64,000 nucleotides of DNA from NCBI GenBank assembly GCA_965242695.1, contig CBDESU010000001.1, positions 1,632,001-1,696,000 on the forward strand, written 5' to 3'. The first letter of the stretch is position 1. Every line of letters begins with the position of its first letter. Below, in pieces: positions 19,306-30,692 of this stretch. The position numbers were made by a program, and so were the translations under genes. This DNA is from Cenarchaeum sp. (lineage in GTDB: Archaea; Thermoproteota; Nitrososphaeria; Nitrososphaerales; Nitrosopumilaceae). A model generated the notes under the pieces. The model was given only the letters and a program-made list of their open reading frames with translations. It ran no database searches and had not been told where the DNA came from.

Positions 19306-20826
19306 TCAGCCTAGCAGGCAGTACGCGTAGCCGGCCCGCATCGTCGGGTACATGACGCTAGCCCTGCTGTCCGAGTGTAGCAGCCCTATCGTGTGGCCGA
19401 GCTCGTGCGTCATTATCCGCCGGACGGTATCGACGTCGTACAGCTGGAACGTCCCGTCGCACGCATAGTCGCCGAGTGCGACCTCGACGACGCCCTTGCC
19501 GACGTGGGCGTGGCCGAGCACGCCCTCGCCCAGGTCGCGCACGACCCAAGTCACCCACACGTTGGCAAGGTCCTTTCTGTCCGTGTGCTCGAACCTCACC
19601 TTTGCATCGCGCCCGCCGGCGGTCAGGCCCTGCCCCTCCCAGTACGCCAGCGAGTCCGAGAGCGTGCCGACGTGGTCTAGCGGCAGGCCCGAGGGCTGCT
19701 CGTTGACGTACATGTGGTACGTGACGACGACGGTCCCGTCGGGCGCCGCGCGCGCACCGGGGCTCGGGAACGACGTGGACGCCCTGGCCGCCTCGTCGTC
19801 AAAGTTCCACTTTATGTAGTCGCGCATGAACTTTTTGATCACCTCGCCGCTCGGGTTGGGGTGCTCTACGTACCTCGTCTCGCCGGCGGCGCTTGCCACC
19901 GCGTGGAGGTAGCTGTCGAGCGCGGACAGCTCGGCGGCGCGGTAGCGCTCGGCAGCGCCCTCCGGCAGGGGGCGCTGCGGCGGGTGCGCCAGGCCGGCGT
20001 CGAACATGTAGCGCAGCGCCGAGACGAACTCGGCCGGGCGCGATGCGCCGGCCCCCCACGCGGATGCGGAATCCTCGACCCAGGCGGGCAGCGCCCGCGG
20101 CCGCGATCGGTCCGACTCGCTCGGCAGCGGGTCTGGGCGCGGCACGCCCACCACGCCGATCCCCGCCAGGTGGGAAAAGGCGGCGGCAAACTCGGCGTCG
20201 GTTGTGCGGCCGGCGGCCCACGCGGCGGCTATCGCGCGCGTCCACTCGGGCGCGGCCGCCGGCACGCCCCTGTTGTCGAGCATGTCCGGCCGCCCGGTCG
20301 GCTCGTACGGGAACTTTGCAAGCACGCCGGATACGACGTCGCGGTAGTTGCGCGCCACCTCCCAGTCGGGATCGGCCAGGGCGGCCTCGGCCAGGTAGCG
20401 CTCGGCCTCGGCGTACTCGCCCAGGTTGCCAAGCCCCATGCCAAGGCCGGCGAGCGCCAGGGCGTCGGACCTGTCGGCCTGGTGGGCCCTGTAGAACTGC
20501 TTGATCGAGCCGGCGTCATCGCCGATGCTCGACAGCGCTACGCCCTTCATGTTCAGGGCCGCCGCGTACTGCGGCCAGTCGGCAAGCACGCCGTCGTAGA
20601 CGGCGATCGCCTCGCGGTGGCGGCCCTCCGAGGACATCTCCAGCCCCGAGGCTACCGCCTCGGCTGCGTCGGCGCGCGAGATCTTGGCGGCGTCGGCGTC
20701 CGGCAGGCAGCCGGCCGCGGCGGCGGCCACTGCGGCCAGCGCCACGATGGCGGCGCCGGATGCGCGGGCGGCGCGGCGGCGGTCGAGGCCTGCCGGCTGC
20801 GCGAGCCGCCAAGAGGGATCGCACAT
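19306..20826 (-). CDS. Secreted TPR-containing zinc metallopeptidase (matrixin/M10-like)
   Basis: Signal peptide, TPR repeats, thaumarchaeal PxW...AxxW repeats, HELGHTIGLLH zinc motif and SVMYP Met-turn. Confidence 0.85.
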   Translation of the reverse strand: MCDPSWRLAQPAGLDRRRAARASGAAIVALAAVAAAAAGCLPDADAAKISRADAAEAVASGLEMSSEGRHREAIAVYDGVLADWPQYAAALNMKGVALSSIGDDAGSIKQFYRAHQADRSDALALAGLGMGLGNLGEYAEAERYLAEAALADPDWEVARNYRDVVSGVLAKFPYEPTGRPDMLDNRGVPAAAPEWTRAIAAAWAAGRTTDAEFAAAFSHLAGIGVVGVPRPDPLPSESDRSRPRALPAWVEDSASAWGAGASRPAEFVSALRYMFDAGLAHPPQRPLPEGAAERYRAAELSALDSYLHAVASAAGETRYVEHPNPSGEVIKKFMRDYIKWNFDDEAARASTSFPSPGARAAPDGTVVVTYHMYVNEQPSGLPLDHVGTLSDSLAYWEGQGLTAGGRDAKVRFEHTDRKDLANVWVTWVVRDLGEGVLGHAHVGKGVVEVALGDYACDGTFQLYDVDTVRRIMTHELGHTIGLLHSDSRASVMYPTMRAGYAYCLLG

Positions 20827-20986
20827 GCGGCGCACTAGCCCCGTTCCGATATTAACCGAGCACGCGGCCGCCGCCTGCGGCCGGCTGGGAACGCATTGGC
20901 GGACACCCGGAGGCGCAGGCGCGGCGGGAGCAGCAAGCGGCCCGCGCCGCAGAAGCCTTTTTACCACACGCATGCCGACCAGCCGC

Positions 20987-21568
20987 ATGGACGGCGGCGG
21001 CGGCGAAGACGCAAAGGCGCGCATTGCGCGGCTCGGCGCCGAGCTCGACGCGCTCGCGCAGCCCGACGACCTGCCCGGCATGATCCTGTCGGGCAACGCG
21101 GTTCGAAGGAGCGAGTACCTAGAGGCGGCCAACCTGAAGCGGTCCGAGATCATCGCCGCGTACAGGGAGCATACGGCCCACCTCGAGGGCCTTGTCGCGG
21201 CAGCCCTCGAGATCCAGTCCGAGCTGACCGAGCTTGTCCGCATGCAGTCCGAGATGGCGCCTGGCAGGTCAGGAAGGGCCAGGTCGGGCTCCGGCGGCGG
21301 GGCGGCCAAGAAGGCCGCTTCGGCGGGAAGGGCCAGGTCGGGCTCCGGCGGCGGGGCGGCCAAGAAGGCCGCTTCGGCGGGAAGGGCCAGGTCGGGCTCC
21401 GGCGGCGGGGCGGCCAAGAAGGCCGCTTCGGCGGGAAGGGCCAGGTCGGGCTCCGGCGGCGGGGCGGCCAAGAAGGCCGCTTCGGCGGGAAGGGCCAGGT
21501 CGGGCTCCGGCGGCGGGGCGGCCAAGAGGGCGGCGGGAAGGGCCAAGGCGGGCAGGCGCCGCCGCTAG
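20987..21568 (+). CDS. Hypothetical protein: coiled-coil N-terminus plus basic repetitive tail
   Basis: Helical core followed by about 5 copies of GRARSGSGGGAAKKAASA; TATA-like box upstream. Confidence 0.7.
   Translation: MDGGGGEDAKARIARLGAELDALAQPDDLPGMILSGNAVRRSEYLEAANLKRSEIIAAYREHTAHLEGLVAAALEIQSELTELVRMQSEMAPGRSGRARSGSGGGAAKKAASAGRARSGSGGGAAKKAASAGRARSGSGGGAAKKAASAGRARSGSGGGAAKKAASAGRARSGSGGGAAKRAAGRAKAGRRRR
21272..21545 (+). repeat. In-frame 54-bp tandem repeat, 4 perfect copies plus 1 variant
   Basis: GGAAGGGCCAGGTCGGGCTCCGGCGGCGGGGCGGCCAAGAAGGCCGCTTCGGCG. Confidence 0.95.
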
Positions 21569-22743
21569 GGGCCGGCAGGGCGCGCGCGGCGCACCGCGGC
21601 AACGTCGCCGGCGACGATCCGTTTAGTTGCAGACCCCGTCTCCACTAGCAGGGCGCCGTCCCCGTCAAGGCCGGCGGCCGTCCCCCGTACAGTGCGCCCG
21701 CCGCACTCTACGTCCACCTCGCGGCCAATCATCGACGAGCGTGCGGCCCACCTGCGGGCCACGCTGCCGGCCTCACCCCCGCCGCCGCGGCCGCCGCGCG
21801 CCAGCCCCTCAAGCTCCGCCTCGAGGCGCACGAGGAACTCCCGCGCCAGAAGGGCGGGATCCAACGCAGGCCCCCCGCCGCCGCGGCCCTGCGCTGCAAG
21901 GCTCGCCGCGCCGGCGTGGCCCCTCGGCTCGCCGGCCGCCGCGTCAATCTCCGCCGCATCGACGGCAATGTTGACTCCAACGCCGACTATGACCGAGTCC
22001 ATTACGCCCGATGCTCCGGCCGACGCATCGACCAGTATTCCGGCCGCCTTGCGCCCCCCGACGAGCAGATCGTTGGGCCACTTCAGGTCGGCCTCGATGC
22101 CGGCCGACCTTGATATTGCATCGGCCAGCGCCAGGGCGGCCGACAGCGGGACAAGAGTGGCCGCGCCGGCAGGGGGCCCCGGCTCGGCCACCACGGACAT
22201 CCACAGGCCGCCGGGCGGGGACACCCACCGCCTGCCTAGCCGTCCGCGGCCGGCCGTCTGCGTTCCTGCCACGACCACCAGGCCGTCGGCGCTCCCCCCC
22301 GCACCCGCCGCCAGCGATCGGGCCCGCTCCTGCGTAGAGTCGGCCGATCCGTAAAAGACCACGCGCGAGCCGAGGCGGGCGGCGCCGGGCGGGCCGCATG
22401 CTTCGCCCGGGCCGCGGCCGCGGCCGGCGATCTCCCACGGCAGCGCAAGCGGCGCGGGTCCCCGGGCAAGCAGGTACGCGCGGCTCCCGGTTCCGCCCGC
22501 ATCGATCACCGCGTACCCTAGCGAGCGCAGCTCGGCCACGCGCAGGGCCACCTCGCCCTCCCCGATCCCCAGGCGCACGGCAAGCTGCGCGGCAGGCTGA
22601 GGCGCGCCGGCTGGATCCCGCAGTGCGAGCAGCAGGGCCTCCGCCGCGCATTCCGTGCGCGAGTCGTACACGATCCCCGGCGGGACGGCGGGCAATGCCA
22701 AGGCTGATCCTCCATCACTGCCAACAGGGTCTGCAGGTGGCAA
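21565..22743 (-). CDS. birA: Biotin--protein ligase with N-terminal HTH
   Basis: DSTQ, QTAGRGRLGRRWVSP, KWPNDL, KAAGILVD, GVGVN. Confidence 0.92.
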   Translation of the reverse strand: MPPADPVGSDGGSALALPAVPPGIVYDSRTECAAEALLLALRDPAGAPQPAAQLAVRLGIGEGEVALRVAELRSLGYAVIDAGGTGSRAYLLARGPAPLALPWEIAGRGRGPGEACGPPGAARLGSRVVFYGSADSTQERARSLAAGAGGSADGLVVVAGTQTAGRGRLGRRWVSPPGGLWMSVVAEPGPPAGAATLVPLSAALALADAISRSAGIEADLKWPNDLLVGGRKAAGILVDASAGASGVMDSVIVGVGVNIAVDAAEIDAAAGEPRGHAGAASLAAQGRGGGGPALDPALLAREFLVRLEAELEGLARGGRGGGGEAGSVARRWAARSSMIGREVDVECGGRTVRGTAAGLDGDGALLVETGSATKRIVAGDVAAVRRARPAGP

Positions 22744-22777
22744 CGTGGCGCCCCGCAGCCCCGGCTATCCGGCGCAG

Positions 22778-23326
22778 CTAGAACCCAAGGTCAAAGCCGC
22801 CGCCGTCAAAGCCAGAGTCGACGCCGCCGTCCATGCCGCCCTCGTCGCCGGCCGTGCCGTCGCCGCCTCCGTCCTGGCCTCCTGCATCCTCGGGAATCTG
22901 GTCGGCCGGCACGTAGTCGGACATCGGCGCGCCGATCATGCTGAACATCATAGAGAACATCATCATGTCGATGACGCCGAAGAATATCATCATCGGGAAC
23001 AGGCCCCTGAACCCGTCCATCTCGCGGTTCAGGCCGTCCTTGTCCTTGGACTTGTACATCTGGACCATGCGGTCCCAGTTGCCCTGCATCTCGTGCAGGC
23101 GGCGCTCCAGCTCCTCGTCGCCCTTTTGCGTCGTCGACAGCTCTACCTTCTTGCCGAGCCACCCCTTCTTCTCTACGACGCGGATCAGGCCCCTCTTCTC
23201 CAGGTCCTCGAGGGCCGCGTCGAGCTCACGCGGGGTGAGCCGCGTCTCCTTTGCGATCTTGCCGAACTTTTTGATGCCCCTGCGTATGGCGCCGAGGACC
23301 ATGATGTCGCTTGGCTCGTAGTCCAC
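22778..23326 (-). CDS. Winged-helix protein with hydrophobic Met-rich segment and Gly/Asp-rich tail
   Basis: wHTH (LEDLEKRGLIRVVEKKGWLG...LSTTQKG); C-terminus GGFDLGF. Confidence 0.8.
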   Translation of the reverse strand: MDYEPSDIMVLGAIRRGIKKFGKIAKETRLTPRELDAALEDLEKRGLIRVVEKKGWLGKKVELSTTQKGDEELERRLHEMQGNWDRMVQMYKSKDKDGLNREMDGFRGLFPMMIFFGVIDMMMFSMMFSMIGAPMSDYVPADQIPEDAGGQDGGGDGTAGDEGGMDGGVDSGFDGGGFDLGF

Positions 23327-23552
23327 GGGCGCGGGCCGCCTGCGCGCTATAAAAAACGTTGCGGGGGGCGGCTTGGCAGGGCGCGCGGGGGCTAGGGGTC
23401 GGACAGGCAGGCCGCATGCTCCCGCCTCTGGCGTGCGATCGCAGAGGCAGGCGGCGCGCGGCCCGAAATGCCAGGCGGGGGCGGTATCTCGGCACGAGTA
23501 CGCCCGATCGCGGCTGCGCCGCAGTTATAGGAGCGCGCCCGTGCGCGGCTGC

Positions 23553-23975
23553 ATGGACGAGCGCGATGCCCACGGCGATGCCGACATACGCCGCATCCTC
23601 TCTCGCCGCCGCGTGGCCGTCGTCGGCATGTCAAGGGATCCCTCAAAGGACGCGCATATGGTGCCGCGGTACCTGATCCGGCACGGGTACGACGTCGTCC
23701 CCGTCAACCCGCTGGCAGGCGAGATACTCGGTCGGCGATCCTACCCGTCCACATCCGCCGTCGACGGCCCGATAGACACGCTCTGCGTGTTCCGGCCGTC
23801 CGGCCAGGTCCTGCCCGCCGTCCTCGATGCGTTGCCCAAGAGGCCGCGCGCCGTGTGGCTGCAGGAGGGTATCCACAACGCCGAGGCCGAGGAGGCCGCA
23901 GGGCGCTCCGGCGCCGAGGTCGTATTCAACCGGTGCATGCTCGCCGAGCATCGCCGCCTGGTGGCGGGACGATGA
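23553..23975 (+). CDS. CoA-binding protein (YccU-like)
   Basis: VAVVGMS, GYDVVPVNP, VFRPS, VWLQEGI, VFNRC. Confidence 0.92.
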   Translation: MDERDAHGDADIRRILSRRRVAVVGMSRDPSKDAHMVPRYLIRHGYDVVPVNPLAGEILGRRSYPSTSAVDGPIDTLCVFRPSGQVLPAVLDALPKRPRAVWLQEGIHNAEAEEAAGRSGAEVVFNRCMLAEHRRLVAGR

Positions 23976-24400
23976 CGGAAGAGTCCTGCCGGGGCGGCGG
24001 CGAGGGCGGCGGCCCCGACGAGAGCCTGCTCGAGTGCCTGCGCAGGGCGGCCGCCGAGTACGGCGCCCGCACCGGCATGCAGGCGCGCGTCGAGTCGACT
24101 CCGTCCGGCGCCGTCAAGGCCTACGGTCCGTCCGCATCCCCCATCGGCAGGGCCCTTGACGGCCTGGCTGACGTGCGCGAGCTTTCGTACACGGCAGCCG
24201 AGCACCACCCGTTCTGGCCGCTGCTGTACCACGCGGCCGACGTGGCCGAGGCCGTCCTTGCAAAGTGGGAGGGGGACCGGCGGCTGGAGCCCGGCGAGAT
24301 CGATGAGATGCGCTGGTCGCTCGGCGTGATGGGCGACGCGCTCGACCGCCTTTCCGCGGGCGCGGGCGACGGCAAGGGGGACGGGCAACCCGACGCGTGA
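23972..24400 (+). CDS. Hypothetical protein
   Basis: ATGA overlap with the upstream gene; EHHPFWPLLYH segment. Confidence 0.7.
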   Translation: MTEESCRGGGEGGGPDESLLECLRRAAAEYGARTGMQARVESTPSGAVKAYGPSASPIGRALDGLADVRELSYTAAEHHPFWPLLYHAADVAEAVLAKWEGDRRLEPGEIDEMRWSLGVMGDALDRLSAGAGDGKGDGQPDA

Positions 24401-24452
24401 CGGGCGTTCGGGGGCCGGCCCGCGCCGGAAAAAACAGGGGAAGTGCGAATGC

Positions 24453-24824
24453 TCACCCTATCCGCTTGTACACGACCTTGAACTCTTCGGCCAGGGTGTA
24501 CGCGAGGTTGAGCAGGTGGCACAGCTCGTTCATCGTTCCCTTGCCGTGGGCAAGCTGCCGCAGGAACGTGAGCGCCTTCATGTCCGAGTTTGGCGCGAGC
24601 GGCGCATCGCCGTTCCATGTGCGGAACGCGGATGCCACCTCTAGGCAAAAGTTGAGGACAAACTGCTCGCGGCCCTTCACCCCGGCGCCCGCGTCGGACG
24701 TGCGCCAGAACAGGGCCTCGCCGAGCGTGCGGAACTCGTTGCGCCTGTCTATGAACAACATGTCGAGGGCCCTAGCAGCCCTCTCGCCGCCGTACTCTTG
24801 CGTAAGCATGGTCATTGCAGGCAT
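24453..24824 (-). CDS. Conserved hypothetical protein
   Basis: 123-aa ORF with coding-like codon use and an AT-rich upstream promoter. Confidence 0.7.
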   Translation of the reverse strand: MPAMTMLTQEYGGERAARALDMLFIDRRNEFRTLGEALFWRTSDAGAGVKGREQFVLNFCLEVASAFRTWNGDAPLAPNSDMKALTFLRQLAHGKGTMNELCHLLNLAYTLAEEFKVVYKRIG

Positions 24825-24913
24825 GATTACCCTTCTAGATATAAGGCGTTGTGTGATGCTGCCTTACATGTGTTTGAAATTTAGGGCAAACAGCGTGCAC
24901 ATATCCGTTGCTC

Positions 24914-26338
<1,425 letters not shown>

Positions 26339-26380
26339 GCCCCTGCACCGCCCGCCGCAACGGCCCCACCCGCGGCACCC

Positions 26381-26686
26381 TCAGACGTCGACGTAGATGC
26401 CATCGCCCCTCTCCTCGGCCCCGTACGTCTCGAGGCGGACGTCCTTGAGGTAGTCTAGCAGCTTGCCGGACTTGTAGTTATAGTGCCAAAAGTGGTGGGG
26501 GCACTCTATGACGTCGCCGTCTATCCTGCCGCCGGCGATCGACTGCTCCTGGTGGGCGCAGACGGCGTCGATCGCATGCAGGCGCCCGTCCGAGTTGATC
26601 AGCGCGATCCTCCTGCCGTCCACCTCGAACTCGGCGCTGCCGCCCCTAGGCACGCTGCCCCTGCCGGCTATCCGCCTCCAGGCCAC
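26381..26686 (-). CDS. Rieske [2Fe-2S] ferredoxin
   Basis: CAHQ and CPHH ligand motifs; GTG start inferred. Confidence 0.88.
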   Translation of the reverse strand: MAWRRIAGRGSVPRGGSAEFEVDGRRIALINSDGRLHAIDAVCAHQEQSIAGGRIDGDVIECPHHFWHYNYKSGKLLDYLKDVRLETYGAEERGDGIYVDV

Positions 26687-26961
26687 GCCGTCCCCGCCGC
26701 CGGCGCGGTTATTTAGATTGCCTCGCGCGGCGCGGCGGCCGGCACCGGCCCGGCGCCCGCGCGCGGCGATGGCAGCCGTCGCATCCCCCGTCCTGGGAAT
26801 TTGCAAAAGACGGCGCATGCCGTCAAGATCCCGCGCCAAAAAGCGCCCCGAGTGGAAAAAATCCCCGGCCATCGTGGCCGCAATGCACCGCCCCGCCAGC
26901 GGCCGCCGGCCCCCCTTCAAAATGGCAAGGGTTATAACGCCCCCGCGGGCGGCGCCGGACG

Positions 26962-28260
26962 ATGGCAGACAAGCCCCACTTGAACATGATCATCACGGGC
27001 CACATCGACAACGGCAAGTCGACTACGATGGGCCACTTCCTGATGGATCTCGGCGTCGTCGACGAGCGCACGATCGCCTCGCACGCCGAAGAGTCTGAAA
27101 AGACCGGCAAGGGCGACACGTTCAAGTATGCGTGGGTCATGGACAACATAAAGGACGAGAGGGAGAGGGGCATTACCATCGACTTGGCGTTCCAAAAGTT
27201 CGAGACGCCAAAGTACTTCTTCACGCTCATCGATGCGCCAGGCCACCGCGACTTCATCAAGAACATGATCACCGGCGCGTCCGAGGCAGACTGCGCCGTG
27301 CTCGTCCTGTCCGCAAAGGAGGGAGAGACCGACACCGCGACGGCCCCCGGCGGCCAGGCGCGCGAGCATGCATTCCTGCTAAAGACGCTCGGCGTCAACC
27401 AGCTGATCGTCGCCATCAACAAGATGGACGACAGCAAGTATTCCGAGGACGCCTACAAGGCGGCGACCGAAAAGGGGCAGGCGCTCATAAAGTCGGTCGG
27501 GTACAAGGTCGACCAGGTTCCGTTCATACCCGTGTCTGGCTGGAAGGGCGACAACCTCGTCAAAAAGTCCGAGAACATGGGCTGGTACAAGGGCAAGACG
27601 CTCCTAGAGGCGTTTGACGACTTTACCGTCCCCGACAAGCCGACCGGCAAGCCTCTGCGCATGCCGATCCAGGACGTGTACACGATCACCGGCGTCGGCA
27701 CCGTCCCCGTCGGCAGGGTCGAGACCGGGACGATGAAGCCGGCCGACAAGATCATCGTAATGCCGTCTGGCGCGCAGGGCGAGATAAAGTCTATCGAGAC
27801 GCACCACACCGAGATGAAGTCGGCCGAGGCCGGCGACAACATTGGGTGCAACCTGCGCGGCATCGACAAGAAGGACATCAAGAGGGGCGACGTCATCGGC
27901 ACTCCCGACGCCCCGCCCACCGTGGCAAAGGAGTTTCTCGCCCAGATCATCGTCATCCACCACCCGACGGCCGTCGCGCCAGGCTACACGCCCGTCATGC
28001 ACTGCCACACGGCGCAGGTGGCCGCGACGATCACCGAGTTTGTCTCGAAGATCAACCCCGCGACCGGCGCAGTAGAGGAAGAGGGGCCAAAGTTCCTAAA
28101 GGTCGGCGACTCTGCCATGGTAAAGGTGCGGCCCGTCCGCCCCACGCCGATCGAGACGTTCAAGGAGTTTCCCGAGATGGGCCGCTTTGCGCTGCGCGAC
28201 ATGGGCGCGACCATTGCGGCCGGCATCGTAAAGGAAATAACAGAGCGGCACAACGCCTAG
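26962..28260 (+). CDS. tuf: Translation elongation factor EF-1 alpha
   Basis: GHIDNGKST, ERERGITID, DAPGH, NKMD, GRFALRDMG. Confidence 0.98.
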   Translation: MADKPHLNMIITGHIDNGKSTTMGHFLMDLGVVDERTIASHAEESEKTGKGDTFKYAWVMDNIKDERERGITIDLAFQKFETPKYFFTLIDAPGHRDFIKNMITGASEADCAVLVLSAKEGETDTATAPGGQAREHAFLLKTLGVNQLIVAINKMDDSKYSEDAYKAATEKGQALIKSVGYKVDQVPFIPVSGWKGDNLVKKSENMGWYKGKTLLEAFDDFTVPDKPTGKPLRMPIQDVYTITGVGTVPVGRVETGTMKPADKIIVMPSGAQGEIKSIETHHTEMKSAEAGDNIGCNLRGIDKKDIKRGDVIGTPDAPPTVAKEFLAQIIVIHHPTAVAPGYTPVMHCHTAQVAATITEFVSKINPATGAVEEEGPKFLKVGDSAMVKVRPVRPTPIETFKEFPEMGRFALRDMGATIAAGIVKEITERHNA

Positions 28261-28288
28261 CGGCCGCATCGTATGGATGGTGCGTGCA

Positions 28289-28594
28289 ATGGGCCAGATA
28301 GCGCGCGTAAAGCTTGCCAGCACCAACCTTGCAAAGCTAGAGGCGGTCTGCGAGGATATAGTCGGAATCGGCCGCAAGACCGGCGTCAAGGTGAGGGGGC
28401 CCATACCGCTGCCCGTCAAGAGGCTCAACATACCGACGCGCAAGTCGCCGTGCGGCAACGGCACCGAGACGTACGAAAAGTGGGAGTGGCGGCTCCACAA
28501 GAGGATCATCGACATAAACGCCGACGCAAAGGCCCTCAAGCACCTCATACGCCTAAACCCCGACGACGTGCGCATCGAGATGGTAATGAAGTAG
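28289..28594 (+). CDS. rps10: 30S ribosomal protein S10 (uS10)
   Basis: GPIPLP, TRKSPCGNG, HKRIIDI; follows tuf. Confidence 0.96.
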   Translation: MGQIARVKLASTNLAKLEAVCEDIVGIGRKTGVKVRGPIPLPVKRLNIPTRKSPCGNGTETYEKWEWRLHKRIIDINADAKALKHLIRLNPDDVRIEMVMK

Positions 28595-29061
28595 GCGCAT
28601 ATGGCGGGCGCCGCCTCGCGGCGCGCCTTCCGCCCCCCAGAGTTCCCCCACATACATCCTCCCCGTCCCCCTTTGCGTCGCGGCCCCATGCCGCGGGCAT
28701 GCGGCGGCCTCCGCCCCCCGCCCGCCGGCTCGGTGCGCACCACGGGGGCGGGCAAGGCGGCCGGCCCAGGCATCGGAAGCGGCGTCGGACATCGGGGCGG
28801 CACGGGGAAGTGGCAGGCCTGCGGCAGTGCCGCCTGCGCCCCCGGGCGCATAGTCCGCACGGGCTGCGATCGGGGTGCGGGATGCGAACGGTCCGCGGGC
28901 CGCCGGCGCGATTAGCCGGCCGGCATGCTCCGTGTCCGCCTAGCGCCGCGGCCTTGTCCGGCGGCTGCGGGCCGCCCGCGCGTTCAACTGGCCGGCATGC
29001 CCCTTGCAGGGGTGCAACCCCCCGCATCACGGCACGGCCCCCATCGAGGCCCGGCCGCGGC

Positions 29062-30585
29062 CTATCCGAGCAGCAGGAACATGGACGCGGGCACCGCCGC
29101 AAACCCGGCCCGCTCGCCGAGCTCGCCCCTTGTGACCAGCACGCCCCCCTTTGCCCCCGTCGCCTTTCTAAAGTCCGACAGGCCGTACAGGTCGCTGCGC
29201 GAGATGTTGCCCTGGTACTTGACCTCGATCGGCACGAGTGACCTCGAGTCGCGCACCACAAGGTCGACCTCCCTCCTTGCCCTTCCGCCCCCCATCCAGT
29301 AGAACACCGCATGGGCCTTGCGGAACCCGACCTTGGTCGGCGCCAGGGCAAACGCCAGGCGGGTTGCGTGGTCCGCCACCGCCTGCTCGACAAGCGCGGC
29401 CTTTTTTTCCGGGTCTGCCAGGCGCTCGACGCTAGCGTCGAACGGATCGCCCTGTATGTACGCGCCGCTGTGGGCGTGGAAGAAGAACGGATCCTGCAGG
29501 TACAGCTTTTTCGGGCTGTCGAACTTTGGCCTATCCGTCGCCGAGTTGTACCTGTACAGCACGTGCAGTGCGAACGTGTCGTCGAGCGCCTCGATGCACC
29601 CCTCCACCGTATGCGGGCTCTCTATCCCGGTGTCCCGCCTCAGCGAGCTCCACGAGACGCCGCTGCCGGTCGAGCGCAGTATGTTGGGAACCAGCCGCGA
29701 TATGTTCGAGACGTTCCTGCCCGACCGCGCCAGGTCCCTCTCCGCCCCGGCCAGGTACGCCTCGTACGTGGCCCGCTCTATGCGCATCGTCCTCTGGAAC
29801 TCGTCGACGACGGCCGGCATTCCGCCCGCCTTGAGGTACGCGTCGAGGTGACCGTCAAGATCGGACTTGTACGCCGACAGGTCCGCCAGCACGGCGTCGG
29901 CGGCCCCCGACGCCACCTCCCTTGCAAGCCGCGCCCTGCCGGCGGCGTCCGCAAGCCCCAGATCGGACAGCCTCCCCGCAATCTCCCCGTCCCTGGCGCG
30001 CACGAACTCGCCAAAGCTCATCGGCCGGAGCACCTTGTCGAGTGGATCGTCGTTGGTCGTCGTCCCCCGCCGGCCCGTCATCGACTCGGCCCCGCGCCTC
30101 ACGTCCATGGAGTGCGAGCCGGACACCACTACCGTGTGGCCCTCCAGCCGGCCCATGTCCCTTAGCAGCTTTAGGGCCTTTTGCCAGTCCCGCACTGACG
30201 ATATCTCGTCAAGAAAGACAAACCGCCTGCCCTCGGCCGCCCCGCCCACCCGCGCAGAGTACTCGTCGAGCACGCCGACCACGTCGGCGGGGCTGCCGCC
30301 GAGGTCGAACGAGTAGTACATGACGTTCCACCGCGGGACGGCGGCGGCGAGCAGCCGCTTCACCTCCAGCTTCAGCAGCGTCGTCTTGCCCACCTGCCGC
30401 GGCCCGCGCAGCGAGTAGATCAGATCGCCATCCCTGAACGAGTGGTCCCGGCCAGCATCCCTGCGAACCTTGGACTTTTCCCACGCCTTGACGCTCGGAT
30501 CGTCGCCCATGTCATACTCCGCTCTCCACCACGGGTTGAAGCTTTCAAGACTCAGCACCGACACGACCCTAGGCACGATGGGCAT
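29062..30585 (-). CDS. AAA+ ATPase (AAA_14/DUF4143) with C-terminal PD-(D/E)XK nuclease-like domain
   Basis: FNPWW, Walker A GPRQVGKTT, FLDEI, SGS, GRR, GGMP, KKLYLQDP, EVDLVV...PIEVKY; start uncertain (30564-30612). Confidence 0.9.
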   Translation of the reverse strand: MPIVPRVVSVLSLESFNPWWRAEYDMGDDPSVKAWEKSKVRRDAGRDHSFRDGDLIYSLRGPRQVGKTTLLKLEVKRLLAAAVPRWNVMYYSFDLGGSPADVVGVLDEYSARVGGAAEGRRFVFLDEISSVRDWQKALKLLRDMGRLEGHTVVVSGSHSMDVRRGAESMTGRRGTTTNDDPLDKVLRPMSFGEFVRARDGEIAGRLSDLGLADAAGRARLAREVASGAADAVLADLSAYKSDLDGHLDAYLKAGGMPAVVDEFQRTMRIERATYEAYLAGAERDLARSGRNVSNISRLVPNILRSTGSGVSWSSLRRDTGIESPHTVEGCIEALDDTFALHVLYRYNSATDRPKFDSPKKLYLQDPFFFHAHSGAYIQGDPFDASVERLADPEKKAALVEQAVADHATRLAFALAPTKVGFRKAHAVFYWMGGGRARREVDLVVRDSRSLVPIEVKYQGNISRSDLYGLSDFRKATGAKGGVLVTRGELGERAGFAAVPASMFLLLG

Positions 30586-30692
30586 TATAAATGTCCTAGT
30601 ATTATGCCGCATGTTTGCTTATAAACGGCTGTCAAAATGCTACTAGTTTGTTTATAATCTACTTGCAGGGAAAGTGCACAGTCAGATATAAG
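30586..30692. promoter_or_regulatory. AT-rich bidirectional promoter region with inverted repeat TTATAAAC...GTTTATAA
   Basis: Several TATA-like boxes; repeat arms at 30619-30626 and 30650-30657. Confidence 0.5.

Noticed and set aside
14094-21545. The 51-bp and 54-bp arrays as CRISPR-like or guide arrays
   Set aside because: Head-to-tail units without unique spacers, lengths in multiples of 3, and in frame within coding sequences.
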